Below, piece after piece: positions 34,287 to 42,704 of a DNA stretch of 42,704 nt. The stretch's first letter is position 1. Each line of letters starts with the position of its first letter. The stretch lies in the sequence record SRR16133337_22365, one strand, 5' to 3'. The notes below the pieces were generated by a model. That model was not told the DNA's origin. It saw nothing but the letters and a program-made list of their open reading frames with translations, and made no database searches. The position numbers and the translations under genes are program-made.

Positions 34287-34369
34287 ATATTAATACGCCT
34301 AATTTAAAAGTGCAACATTTATTTTGACTAATTTAAATATTGACAGTTTATCTCTATATACACTAAGCT
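34287..34369. promoter_or_regulatory. Divergent sigma70 promoter pair with repeated CTAATTTAAA boxes
   Basis: Minus TTGCAC-17-TAATAT; plus TTGACA-18-TAAGCT; CTAATTTAAA at 34299 and 34328. Confidence 0.7.
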
Positions 34370-34387
34370 TCACCTACACAAACAGAG

Positions 34388-34579
34388 GTGATGATTATGA
34401 GACAAGTTTGGATTCCACTATCAATTCCATGCGAATCAGAAGAAGCAGCTAGCATGCAGGCTGATTTGATTAAGCGCAGCAGTAAGACTAAAGACGTTGT
34501 TATTGAAGGGTGTCGCGTTAAGTACAAACACCTAACCTGGAAAGATGGTTACGATAAGGAAGATTTAAATGAGGACTAG
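34388..34579 (+). CDS. Hypothetical protein
   Basis: GAGG RBS; first gene of a rightward operon. Confidence 0.6.
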   Translation: MMIMRQVWIPLSIPCESEEAASMQADLIKRSSKTKDVVIEGCRVKYKHLTWKDGYDKEDLNED

Positions 34580-34841
34580 AGAAGAAAGTCGCGCCATCCA
34601 GGCTAAGGCAATGGCGAGCGCATTGGTTGAGATTGGCGAAAAGTACGGTCATGACAAAGTAATCACCAATGACAATAAGCACCTATTCAAAGCTAAGCAC
34701 GACCAGGAACGCGCAGAAAGGTTACGCAAAGCTGAGATTGCACGAATGCTTCAACAGGCTAACAAAGAGATAATTGATGAGCGAGAACATGATGAACGTG
34801 CGGCTCGTGGTTATGGCCAAGGTCGCAGAATGGGTGATTAA
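34569..34841 (+). CDS. Hypothetical protein
   Basis: Overlapping operon gene ending GYGQGRRMGD. Confidence 0.65.
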   Translation: MRTREESRAIQAKAMASALVEIGEKYGHDKVITNDNKHLFKAKHDQERAERLRKAEIARMLQQANKEIIDEREHDERAARGYGQGRRMGD

Positions 34842-35206
34842 TGAGCCTCAAACAAGCAATTAGAGAAGCGTTAACGGGAAATGATGTAGATGTTCATTCC
34901 AAGATGTTAGCGCTCCGTAAAGAGTGTACAGCTCGCGGAATACACACAGAAGAAGTAACAAGACTAGTAAAGGTAGTAATACATGAAGATAACCAACCCG
35001 CAGCAATGCCAGAACCAGAAGCACCACAACCAGTTACACCCGAACCGCCGCAAGCTGTTTCGAATCTCAGAACCGACAAAGAGCTTTCAGCGAGAGCTCC
35101 AAGAAGCAACAAACCGATACCAGACAACATGACCGAATCAGGCACTAGGAAAACTGGCGCTGCTGGTGGTCGGTCAATATTCGACTTTATAGATGAGAAA
35201 AAATAG
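34841..35206 (+). CDS. Hypothetical protein with Pro-rich linker
   Basis: TAATG coupling; followed by a terminator. Confidence 0.65.
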   Translation: MSLKQAIREALTGNDVDVHSKMLALRKECTARGIHTEEVTRLVKVVIHEDNQPAAMPEPEAPQPVTPEPPQAVSNLRTDKELSARAPRSNKPIPDNMTESGTRKTGAAGGRSIFDFIDEKK

Positions 35207-35230
35207 GAGCCTTCGGGTTCCTTTTTTATT
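35207..35230 (+). terminator. Intrinsic terminator
   Basis: GGAGCC-TTCG-GGTTCC followed by a T run. Confidence 0.85.
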
Positions 35231-35265
35231 GCCTGAACTATTTTACGAAACATTAAAAATAAATG

Positions 35266-35294
35266 TTGCACATTAGAAACAACAGTATTATATT
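35266..35294 (+). promoter_or_regulatory. Sigma70 promoter with four GAAAC boxes nearby
   Basis: TTGCAC-17-TATATT; GAAAC at 35247, 35276, 35304 and 35322. Confidence 0.7.
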
Positions 35295-35335
35295 TATCTC
35301 AACGAAACAAAACGCACAAACGAAACGGAGTTAAG

Positions 35336-35782
35336 ATGAAACCAGAAATCAAAGAACACCTTTACGGAGCGGAGCAGCTTCAAGAGCTTATCGGACTTAG
35401 TCGCACTCAAGCTTGGCGAATCTGGAACGGTCACAGCAAGCTAACTAAGCAGAATGAAGAGTTGTTGCTAATTAAGCTAGATGCAAACAAGTCGGCAAGA
35501 ATCAAGTGCGAAGAGGCTGCTGATATCTGGATTACCAACAAAAAGCAATCGCTAGGCGGAGGAGTTGCAATATCAACAAAGACAACAACGTCCAACTCCG
35601 TAAAGTGCCAGATAGCACTAATAAATTGCGATGAAACTATGAGTTTCATTTCCGAGATTGAGGAGATGATTGAAATGGCAAAGCATGACACAACAAGAGA
35701 TGTGCTAACTGACGCTTACTTTGAAGAAGTTGGCAATTGGGTGGAAGTTAAAACTGAATTTTTTATTAAGGACTACAAATAA
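35336..35782 (+). CDS. Cro-like HTH regulator with C-terminal extension
   Basis: AEQLQELIGLSRTQAWRIWNG HTH. Confidence 0.65.
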   Translation: MKPEIKEHLYGAEQLQELIGLSRTQAWRIWNGHSKLTKQNEELLLIKLDANKSARIKCEEAADIWITNKKQSLGGGVAISTKTTTSNSVKCQIALINCDETMSFISEIEEMIEMAKHDTTRDVLTDAYFEEVGNWVEVKTEFFIKDYK

Positions 35783-36555
35783 TGAACATTACAACACTAG
35801 AGCAAGCAGCATCACACCTAATTTCAGTTGGTGCGGTAAACATGCAGACAATGCAAGTTGAAGGTAAGCAGCTCTTAGAGGTTTGCGGTCTTGGCATTAC
35901 AAACCCAGCACAGGCAATACAAAGACAAATTGAAAAGCATAAATTTGAATTGAACAAGGATTACACAAAAAACATTGATGTTTTTTCTACATCACTAAAA
36001 AAACCTTGGGTTTTCAGATTTACACTAAACGCAGCTAACCATGTTCTATTGGCAGCAATGACCGAACAAGGAAAAGCAGCTCGACAAGAGGCAATTGAAA
36101 TTAAGACGAATGCGACACCGGCACTAACAGGTGATCCACTTTTAGACATGATGCAAATGATGGTCGAGTCTAGAAAAGACCACCTAGCGCTAACGGAGAA
36201 AGTTGAGGAGCAAGGGAACAAACTGGCAGAGCTTGAGGAAAGAACCGCAATTCTACCAAGTAAGCCAGCTAACGCAGAAAGCATTGTTTACATTCGCAAG
36301 CGTATTAATGACCTTTACGGCTTGCCATCGAGAATTGTTAATGAGGTTCTTTATAGTATCCACTACGCACCACGCGCTGCTGGTCAGGTTAGAAATACGC
36401 ACGATAACGCTAGTAACTCAACTTACACAGTTTGGAATAAGAGCGAAGTTAGCAAGCTGTTTAAGCGCTTTGTGAGTGAGTGTGACATGGTTACTAAAAC
36501 TCAAGCTGTACACCCATCAATTAATGGAAAGTTCAAACTAGTAATTAAGCTTTAA
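35782..36555 (+). CDS. Antirepressor-like (AntA-related) DNA-binding protein
   Basis: IQRQIEKHKFELNKDY...FTLNAANHVLLAAMTEQGKAARQ, coiled coil and C-terminal module. Confidence 0.65.
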   Translation: MNITTLEQAASHLISVGAVNMQTMQVEGKQLLEVCGLGITNPAQAIQRQIEKHKFELNKDYTKNIDVFSTSLKKPWVFRFTLNAANHVLLAAMTEQGKAARQEAIEIKTNATPALTGDPLLDMMQMMVESRKDHLALTEKVEEQGNKLAELEERTAILPSKPANAESIVYIRKRINDLYGLPSRIVNEVLYSIHYAPRAAGQVRNTHDNASNSTYTVWNKSEVSKLFKRFVSECDMVTKTQAVHPSINGKFKLVIKL

Positions 36556-36572
36556 CCAACCCATAAGAGAGA

Positions 36573-36860
36573 GTGATAATGACAACAGAAGATAAAATCC
36601 GCGATGCTAAAGAGTTCACAAGCCTTTTACTTAGCTGCGAGCTGGCGGCAGAGTTTAACAAAGACAAGCCGAACAAGGCCATTAAGCACACGTTACGCTG
36701 CGTACAATCACGCGTAACCAGTCCGAACATTAAAAAGGTGTGCCAGCAAGGCATTCAGCAATTGTTCCCGTTAGGTTGGGTACAGAAGCAATTAAACAAT
36801 GTAACTCGTATCGGTGGAATGGATAAAGAAACGTTCCTTAAGATTGGTACAGAGCTTTAA
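36573..36860 (+). CDS. Hypothetical protein
   Basis: 95-aa ORF in operon. Confidence 0.65.
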   Translation: MIMTTEDKIRDAKEFTSLLLSCELAAEFNKDKPNKAIKHTLRCVQSRVTSPNIKKVCQQGIQQLFPLGWVQKQLNNVTRIGGMDKETFLKIGTEL

Positions 36861-36880
36861 CAAGTAATTAATAGGGGTAA

Positions 36881-37189
36881 GTGATGAAGAGTGGGAAATT
36901 AAATTTAGTAGTAAGGCTTGTTCACAACAACTACCTTCACAATGATCAATTGGTTAGCAAATCATCTTTAATTTTGCTAAAGAGAAAAAGCACAGGCTCA
37001 ATATCAGATCTAATCCAAGACCCTGATTACGACCTGTCCAGTATAGACCTAAAAAAATACGATTCTGGATTGTACCTACTAACAACAAAGAACGAAAGCT
37101 ACGACATTGAATCAGGATATGTTGACGATTGGGATTTACATTTAAAACCATACATAGCTGAAGATTCAGAGCAAACTAAATTAGCATAA
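36881..37189 (+). CDS. Hypothetical protein
   Basis: 102-aa ORF; NESYDIESGYVDDWD motif. Confidence 0.65.
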   Translation: MMKSGKLNLVVRLVHNNYLHNDQLVSKSSLILLKRKSTGSISDLIQDPDYDLSSIDLKKYDSGLYLLTTKNESYDIESGYVDDWDLHLKPYIAEDSEQTKLA

Positions 37190-37223
37190 CAACAAGGGCG
37201 GGTTAACTGCCCTATTATTTTAC

Positions 37224-37252
37224 TTGACGTGTATATATGAATAATATATTCT
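37224..37252 (+). promoter_or_regulatory. Sigma70 promoter of the replication operon
   Basis: TTGACG-17-TATTCT. Confidence 0.75.
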
Positions 37253-37278
37253 GGATATACCAGATCAAAGGGGGCTTT

Positions 37279-37479
37279 ATGAAGCAACTAGGCGTTAAAC
37301 ATCCAGAGAAGCAAATCTTACAGGTTTCAGACCTTATGGCGTGCTTAGGTACAAATCAAACTGATACGGTTCGTGCGGCGATGTATCTTGGAATGCAGCA
37401 ACTTAAGGAGTTAGCTGCGAGAGATAAAGAGTCAGCTCAAGAGCTTTTAGCGGTAACAGCATTCAAGGTAATGCAATAA
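37279..37479 (+). CDS. Ribbon-helix-helix-like regulator (66 aa)
   Basis: MKQLGVKHPEKQILQVSDLMACLGTNQTDTVRAAMYLG; first gene after the promoter. Confidence 0.6.
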   Translation: MKQLGVKHPEKQILQVSDLMACLGTNQTDTVRAAMYLGMQQLKELAARDKESAQELLAVTAFKVMQ

Positions 37480-37535
37480 AAGAAAAACCACCCGGCAAGG
37501 TGGCTTTAAACATAGATAACAAAAGGATTATAGCA
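37478..37535 (-). ncRNA. Candidate OOP-like short antisense RNA with its promoter
   Basis: Extended -10 TGCTATAAT (37535-37527); about 40 nt ending in GCCACC-TTGCCG-GGTGGT plus a T run. Confidence 0.55.
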
Positions 37536-38056
37536 TGATTAAGTTTAGCTCAGAAAATGACTTCGAGATGTTTCTTTACAATCACTTTCTAGAAACAAGT
37601 GAGAGCTTGGTTGATGAAAAGAAGTTTCAACACTGTATAAGACAATTTAATGCTGGAGCTTACGGTAAGCCAGATCTTGTTTACTTCACAAAGCTTGATG
37701 ATGATATCGCCAAGGCTATTGGTCACGAATATGAGATTAGCGTTATAGAAATAAAGAATGAGCCAATAAAGAACTCAGACGTTTCTCAGATATGCAGATA
37801 CAAAACAGGGTTTGAGAGGTCTTTTGATTGCAGTGATGTAGAAATATCTTTCTCTCTCGTTGTTCCGAAAGGGTCTATAAAGAATCACTCAGACATATGC
37901 TGGACAATAGAAAACCTTAGCGATGTCCATGTTTATGAGTTCGACCTAGACCCAAGGGAGGGTATTAAGTTTGATCTGTCATATGGTTGGATGAAAACGG
38001 ATGAAGATATCGATCTAATTAAATCTGTAATTGAAGGTGAATTCAATGAGCGCTAA
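37535..38056 (+). CDS. PD-(D/E)xK nuclease-like protein (NucS/EndoMS-like motif)
   Basis: ENDFE...GKPDLV...VIEIK...SQICRY. Confidence 0.65.
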   Translation: MIKFSSENDFEMFLYNHFLETSESLVDEKKFQHCIRQFNAGAYGKPDLVYFTKLDDDIAKAIGHEYEISVIEIKNEPIKNSDVSQICRYKTGFERSFDCSDVEISFSLVVPKGSIKNHSDICWTIENLSDVHVYEFDLDPREGIKFDLSYGWMKTDEDIDLIKSVIEGEFNER

Positions 38057-38699
38057 GTACACATTTCTAGCGTGGGACACGCCAGTCAAAGAGGCATCAA
38101 CAAAGCTTGTAATGCTTCAGTTGGCAAATAACTCTAACGACAACGGATTTAGTTACTACTCAATCGCAAAGATGGCAAAGTCCTGCGGAATGAGTGAAAG
38201 AAACTTTATGCGCAAGATACAGAAACTAGAGGAACTTGGATTTTTAAATGTAGAAAGGAGAGCTAACAGGTCATCTCTTTACACTTTAATAGGAGAAAAT
38301 ATGGGGGTGACAGATTGTCACTTACAGAAATCTGAGGTGACAGGTTGTCATGCTGAGGTGACAGATTGTCATGCTCAAGGTGACAGATTGTCACACGATC
38401 CTAACAGTGTTCCTAAAACTTATCCTAAAAGTGGTCGTTTCACTCCACCTACACAGGAAGAAGTTTTTGATTACATGAAAGAGAAAGACTTTCCATACAG
38501 CAAAGAAGCGGAAACTTTTATTAATTTTTATGAGTGTAAGGGTTGGCTTGTAGGAAAGACAAAGATGAAGAATTGGAAGGCAGCTGTTAGCAACTGGATA
38601 GGAAGAAGCAACCTACCTAAGAAATCAGAACCACAGCAATACGACCACGAAGCAGCTAGGCAGCGTGAGATTGAAGAAATTAGAAAAGGTTTGATGTAA
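38046..38699 (+). CDS. Replication initiator protein (N-terminal HTH; analogous to lambda O)
   Basis: KLVMLQLANNSND...SIAKMAKSCGMSER; internal iterons; FTPPT...FINFYECKGW...KMKNWKAA C-terminal domain; precedes helicase. Confidence 0.85.
   Translation: MSAKYTFLAWDTPVKEASTKLVMLQLANNSNDNGFSYYSIAKMAKSCGMSERNFMRKIQKLEELGFLNVERRANRSSLYTLIGENMGVTDCHLQKSEVTGCHAEVTDCHAQGDRLSHDPNSVPKTYPKSGRFTPPTQEEVFDYMKEKDFPYSKEAETFINFYECKGWLVGKTKMKNWKAAVSNWIGRSNLPKKSEPQQYDHEAARQREIEEIRKGLM
38306..38393. repeat. Four iterons, probable origin of replication
   Basis: GGTGACAG(A/G)TTGTCA at 38306, 38336, 38357 and 38379, each containing the palindrome TGACA-N3-TGTCA. Confidence 0.85.
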
Positions 38700-40081
38700 T
38701 GGAAAACTTATCAAGATTTGAAGCTGAACAATCTGTACTTGGATCGATACTCATTGATAACGATTCATTCAGCAAAGTTTCGTTTCTAGTTGCTGATGAT
38801 TTTTACGCTAGTCACCATAGAGCAATATTCAATAAAATTACCGATCTACTTGATAATGGCGTATCAGTTGACCCCGTAACAATGGCTGACAGGTTCAACG
38901 ATGATGAGCTTAGTAGGATTGGTGGAAGTGACTACCTTATTGAACTTTTTAAGAACACCCCATCAGCAAGAAACATTGTTAGCTATGCTGATGCTGTAAA
39001 AGACATGGCAAACAGACGCCAAGTTATGATCTCAATGCGAGAGGCAATGGAGAAGCTTAACGACGTTAGAGAAAGCACAGTTGGAACAATCGCAGAGCTG
39101 GAAGAGACTCTTGATAAGACCCTAGTGTCTGCTGCTGACTCCGATATCCTAACGGTTGAAGAGCTTATTGATCTGACAATGGACGAGATGAATTACAGCT
39201 CTGTAAATACAAGAACTGGTCTTTCATCAGGAATCCAAGAAATTGACGATAGGCTTGGCTACAAGATGCTTGCTTTCGGTGAGGTTACGGCTCTTGGGGC
39301 GCTATCGAAGAACGGTAAAACACTAACGGCAAATACTATCCTTGCTAGGGCTGGATATCAGGATGGTGAAACTGCTCACGTGTTCTCTATTGAGATGCCA
39401 GCGGTAGGCATGTTTAACGGAATTGTATCTGCGATGAGTGGAGTTCCTAACAACTTTTACGCCCGTCAGGACTTCTATCACAAGCTTTATGGGACTGATG
39501 AATATCAAAAAATGGGTTATCGATGGGGCAAGTCGGCCAACGAACTAAACGAGTCAAACCGAATTACCATTGATAGCAAGAAGCAAGTCGATGCGGATTA
39601 CATTTGCGCGAATATGAAAAAGCAATTCTCAATCCATAGAAACAACGGAAAGAGATTGCGCCTAGTGGTTATCGACCACATTCACCGAATGGAATACAAG
39701 ACGGGAGGCCAGCCCCTTACCTACGCGATTCGTGATGCAATGAGAAAGATTAAGAACACGGCGGCAGAGTTAGACGTTGCGGTGGTTGCACTTTGCCAAC
39801 TGAACAACGCGGCAGATGGTAAAGATCCGACATCATTTCACATTCTTGATAGCTCATCGGTTCGACATGAGATGCAAGCTTTCATTGGCACAAGAATGTT
39901 TAGACAAGATGGCGGTACGTTCTTCGGAATCTACGGAGATTCACAGCGTTATGGAGATATGGATACGCAGATTAAACCTGCATACATGAAGCTGGTCGGC
40001 GGTGTTCTTAAGCCTCTTGGTGAGGGGGAATACTTCACACCGCAGCAAGCCGAAGAAAACCAAAGTAATTACAGAAAGTAA
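38699..40081 (+). CDS. DnaB-like replicative helicase
   Basis: EAEQSVLGSIL N-domain, Walker A GALSKNGKT, FSIEM, VIDHIH, LCQLN. Confidence 0.9.
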   Translation: MENLSRFEAEQSVLGSILIDNDSFSKVSFLVADDFYASHHRAIFNKITDLLDNGVSVDPVTMADRFNDDELSRIGGSDYLIELFKNTPSARNIVSYADAVKDMANRRQVMISMREAMEKLNDVRESTVGTIAELEETLDKTLVSAADSDILTVEELIDLTMDEMNYSSVNTRTGLSSGIQEIDDRLGYKMLAFGEVTALGALSKNGKTLTANTILARAGYQDGETAHVFSIEMPAVGMFNGIVSAMSGVPNNFYARQDFYHKLYGTDEYQKMGYRWGKSANELNESNRITIDSKKQVDADYICANMKKQFSIHRNNGKRLRLVVIDHIHRMEYKTGGQPLTYAIRDAMRKIKNTAAELDVAVVALCQLNNAADGKDPTSFHILDSSSVRHEMQAFIGTRMFRQDGGTFFGIYGDSQRYGDMDTQIKPAYMKLVGGVLKPLGEGEYFTPQQAEENQSNYRK

Positions 40082-40105
40082 ACTTTTAACAACTTATAGG
40101 TAGAG

Positions 40106-40333
40106 ATGATGAAGAAGTGGATTAAAAAGCTAAACATGGTTGAGGCTGCATTGTTAGGGTTATACGCGTCAATGATTCCATCTTGCTATGTGATGGTGAA
40201 GGTTAGTGAGTCTGAGGTGGAAATGGGTGAGCTTGGTTATATGTTTATGATGTGGTCTATGTTGTCTGCATTGCCTATGACTCTAATGTTTTTAAACTAT
40301 TTAGCGACAGCCGAACAGCTAAAGGGGAAGTGA
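40106..40333 (+). CDS. Hypothetical membrane protein
   Basis: Two hydrophobic segments. Confidence 0.6.
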   Translation: MMKKWIKKLNMVEAALLGLYASMIPSCYVMVKVSESEVEMGELGYMFMMWSMLSALPMTLMFLNYLATAEQLKGK

Positions 40334-40334
40334 T

Positions 40335-40472
40335 ATGAAATCTGAATTTATGCTTTTGTGTTGTGCGATAGTGGTTTTAATTGTTGGGTTTCGCTATGAC
40401 GTAAGTATTGAGGCGGCAATGGTTGCTTGTACAGCTTGCATCATTAGAGCGATTAAGGAAGATAAATCATGA
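40335..40472 (+). CDS. Small membrane protein (45 aa)
   Basis: MKSEFMLLCCAIVVLIVGFRYDVSIEAAMVACTACIIRAIKEDKS; tightly packed. Confidence 0.5.
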   Translation: MKSEFMLLCCAIVVLIVGFRYDVSIEAAMVACTACIIRAIKEDKS

Positions 40473-40597
40473 ACTTTCTAGACATAGTAACTCACCCTTA
40501 CTTTGCACTATCTGTAATAGGGTTTGTGGTAATGGGTGCGGTTGGTTGGTGGATTATGGGAAAGATTGAAGAAACGGAGTGGTGGAATGGCGAGTGA
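40469..40597 (+). CDS. Small membrane protein (42 aa)
   Basis: MNFLDIVTHPYFALSVIGFVVMGAVGWWIMGKIEETEWWNGE; ATGA coupling. Confidence 0.5.
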   Translation: MNFLDIVTHPYFALSVIGFVVMGAVGWWIMGKIEETEWWNGE

Positions 40598-41045
40598 GTT
40601 CTTAGTAAGGGGTGCGAATCTAAATGAAGACCTACAGCGCATTGTAAGCGCTGTACATGACCACTTTGATACGAGCACCAAGCATTTGCACTTTAAGCTC
40701 ACAGACAGGCGCTCACTTACAGCAAATAGCCAAGTTTGGGTGTGGGCTAACCAGATAAGTAAAGAAACTGGGGAGGATGTTAAAACCGTCTTCGCTAGAA
40801 TGAAAAGAGATCAGGGTTTGCCGATACTTCTCGCAGATATTGAGCATGGCGCTGTGACTGATTACTTACTTAGTCAAACCAACTTCTACAAATTACGAGA
40901 TGATAAGCAATTGGTTCTTATTGGCGCAATGGAGGTAACCCGTAAATTTTCAACGCGCCAGCACAATGATTTTAGAGATAACGTTCAGTCGTTCTATAAC
41001 AATCATGGTTTCAATTTGAGATACATGGAGAAAGGTGATGATTAA
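40587..41045 (+). CDS. NinB/Orf-like recombination protein
   Basis: RSLTANSQVWVWANQIS...TRKFSTRQHNDFRDNV; precedes NinG. Confidence 0.7.
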   Translation: MASEFLVRGANLNEDLQRIVSAVHDHFDTSTKHLHFKLTDRRSLTANSQVWVWANQISKETGEDVKTVFARMKRDQGLPILLADIEHGAVTDYLLSQTNFYKLRDDKQLVLIGAMEVTRKFSTRQHNDFRDNVQSFYNNHGFNLRYMEKGDD

Positions 41046-41676
41046 AGGTACCGGAAATAGAAAGAGAAAGTGTAAGGCTTGCGAAAAAGAAAGCAGAGCT
41101 CATGAGGGCTACATTGCCGGGGTTAATTTTGTATGTGATTCAGAGTGTGCGTACAAGTTAATGACAAGGGCTCTAGATAAAGGCAGGAGCAAGCAAAAGC
41201 AAAAAGACAAGCAATCACAAGCCAAAGAGGAAAGAAAGGCTAACAAGGCTTATAGGGAGCGTTTAAATAGCATTAAACCAATAAAGGAATGGCAAGATAA
41301 ACTACAGAAGCTAGTTAACCAGTATGTTGTCCATGTTCGAGATAAAGACAAGCCGTGTTGTACTTGCGGTACCACTGCGCCAGATATCAAGTATGACGCT
41401 GGTCACTACAGAACAAGAAAGGCCGCTCCAGAGTTAAGGTATGAGTTAACCAATATCCATATCCAATGCAGTCAGCAATGCAACGTGTTTGGGTCTGGTA
41501 TGCGCAGTGAGTATAGAGAGTTCATTGAAGCGGTTTATGGTACCGAACATTTAGATTGGCTTGATGGCGATCATGGAAAGTTAAAGGATAAGTTCCCGCA
41601 CTGGTCTGATTACGACAATGAGATTAAGCGGTACCGGAAGTTAATACGAAGTCACGGGCTAACCCCTGCTGTTTAG
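41035..41676 (+). CDS. ninG: NinG/Rap-family recombination endonuclease
   Basis: RDKDKPCCTCG, YDAGHYR, ELRYELTNIHIQC...CN signature. Confidence 0.9.
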   Translation: MMIKGTGNRKRKCKACEKESRAHEGYIAGVNFVCDSECAYKLMTRALDKGRSKQKQKDKQSQAKEERKANKAYRERLNSIKPIKEWQDKLQKLVNQYVVHVRDKDKPCCTCGTTAPDIKYDAGHYRTRKAAPELRYELTNIHIQCSQQCNVFGSGMRSEYREFIEAVYGTEHLDWLDGDHGKLKDKFPHWSDYDNEIKRYRKLIRSHGLTPAV

Positions 41677-41728
41677 AGTGGTGGATTAGATGACAGATAG
41701 CCAAGAGCTAGAAGAGTGGTTTAACGAA

Positions 41729-41762
41729 GAAACCCCCAGTGATTAGCTGGGGGTTGTTTGTT
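41729..41762. terminator. Terminator between convergent early and tail operons
   Basis: AACCCCCAG-TGATTAG-CTGGGGGTT. Confidence 0.8.
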
Positions 41763-42704
41763 TAGTTTAGCTTTGGAGTGTTAAATGGCACTACGTAAGA
41801 TGATGGCAGTCTAACCTCTGCACCGTTTGTCCTTGTTGTTACTTTTGGGTTTTTGATTGACACGTTCAACCACCTAAAGCTGGCAGCAATACTGCCACAA
41901 ATAACGGAAATTGATATAAATCTACACCCAGATCTGTTGATGTAAAGCCTTGAGTTTGTGACATTTGTTGTTTGAATGTAACTGCCAAAGCTTGCGCTAG
42001 GAAATCCAACCGTTACAACATCATCAGAGCCTGGAGCCATGACGTCACCGTTATTATCATATCCGTGAATAATTAGCCTATACCCTCCGCCAGACCATCC
42101 ACCACTTGATATCGTAATTAGGGAGTCCTTAGTTGTTGATATTTGGCACTGTGGAGTTCTGCATATTACTGAGAATGCGCTGCATGATATGTCTTTACCT
42201 GATTTTGACAGGTAGTAAGCACCATCAGGCGTTCCATTTTCATTTGTGTTAGTCCAGTTTCCCACACCTTGTATGTTGCACTTTGTTGGTGATACGTCAT
42301 TATCAAATAGAATTACATCAGAATTTAGAGCAAATGCCGGGTGCTCAGAATAAGCGGGATTGTCGTTACTAAATACAATATTCCCTCTACCTAGATCTAA
42401 ATAGTTCCAGTCGTATACAGGCTGATCTGCGAATGATTCAACCCAACTTACGATCACTTTGTTGTTTATCGTTCTTGATGAGAACGAAATTGCGTTGTCG
42501 TCAGCGCTCTCAAGTCTTACACTGTTCATGGTGTTATCATTGCCAGCATTGAAGGTTATGGTTGATCCACCCTCAAACGTTCCTCCATGAAAGATGTTAT
42601 TGTTGTGTGAGTATGTGTCTGGATCTTCATCTCCAACTATTAACTTTGTGCATCGCTTTAGGTAGAAAGTATTCTCATTTACCCACCCAGCCTGTGATGA
42701 TGCA
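41762..42704 (-). CDS. Tailspike / receptor-binding protein, 3' part of the junction-spanning gene starting at 920
   Basis: In-frame continuation ...AGWVNENTFYLKRCTK...SHNNNIFHGGTFEG...; Asn/Ser/Gly-rich beta-strand pattern. Confidence 0.85.
   Translation of the reverse strand, partial: ASSQAGWVNENTFYLKRCTKLIVGDEDPDTYSHNNNIFHGGTFEGGSTITFNAGNDNTMNSVRLESADDNAISFSSRTINNKVIVSWVESFADQPVYDWNYLDLGRGNIVFSNDNPAYSEHPAFALNSDVILFDNDVSPTKCNIQGVGNWTNTNENGTPDGAYYLSKSGKDISCSAFSVICRTPQCQISTTKDSLITISSGGWSGGGYRLIIHGYDNNGDVMAPGSDDVVTVGFPSASFGSYIQTTNVTNSRLYINRSGCRFISISVICGSIAASFRWLNVSIKNPKVTTRTNGAEVRLPSSYVVPFNTPKLN
42675..42704. repeat. 30-bp terminal direct repeat (right copy)
   Basis: Identical to 1-30. Confidence 0.95.

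Noticed and set aside
38306-38393. Repeats as a mini CRISPR array
   Set aside because: 15-bp units with 6-15 bp gaps inside a coding gene and no cas genes; they fit iterons.
42675-42704. Terminal repeat as a biological DTR or att site
   Set aside because: Exactly 30 bp and in the middle of an in-frame gene; best explained as assembler overlap of a circular contig.

Overview
The window is a complete, circularly permuted genome of a small tailed dsDNA phage. The last 30 nt repeat the first 30 nt, giving a unit length of 42,674 bp. It is a contractile-tailed (myovirus-type) phage: DUF3383-type sheath, baseplate J, Gp138-type spike, DUF2184-type capsid, DUF1073-type portal and a short 410-aa tape measure. 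It carries a lambdoid-like replication and recombination arm (ERF, SSB, HTH initiator with four internal iterons, DnaB-like helicase, NinB, NinG) and an endolysin-holin-spanin cassette. I found no integrase, CI-type repressor, polymerase, methylase, tRNA or CRISPR array. A gammaproteobacterial, probably Vibrio-like, host is an inference from gene content only. Structural modules are interleaved with accessory cassettes, most of them headed by a sigma70-type promoter and a tiny DNA-binding gene. The most interesting signals are non-coding. (1) A ~70-nt candidate sRNA (about 28698-28767, minus) carries two copies of UCAUCACUC, complementary to an (A)GAGUGAUG(A) motif found at the start codons of at least five accessory genes. 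(2) A ~400-nt promoter-driven leader (8590-8985, minus) has a P1-C4/P4-CI-like cloverleaf followed by a second, nested multi-helix domain. (3) An OOP-like antisense RNA lies upstream of the nuclease and replication genes. All family assignments come from motif recognition by eye; no searches or folding programs were run.
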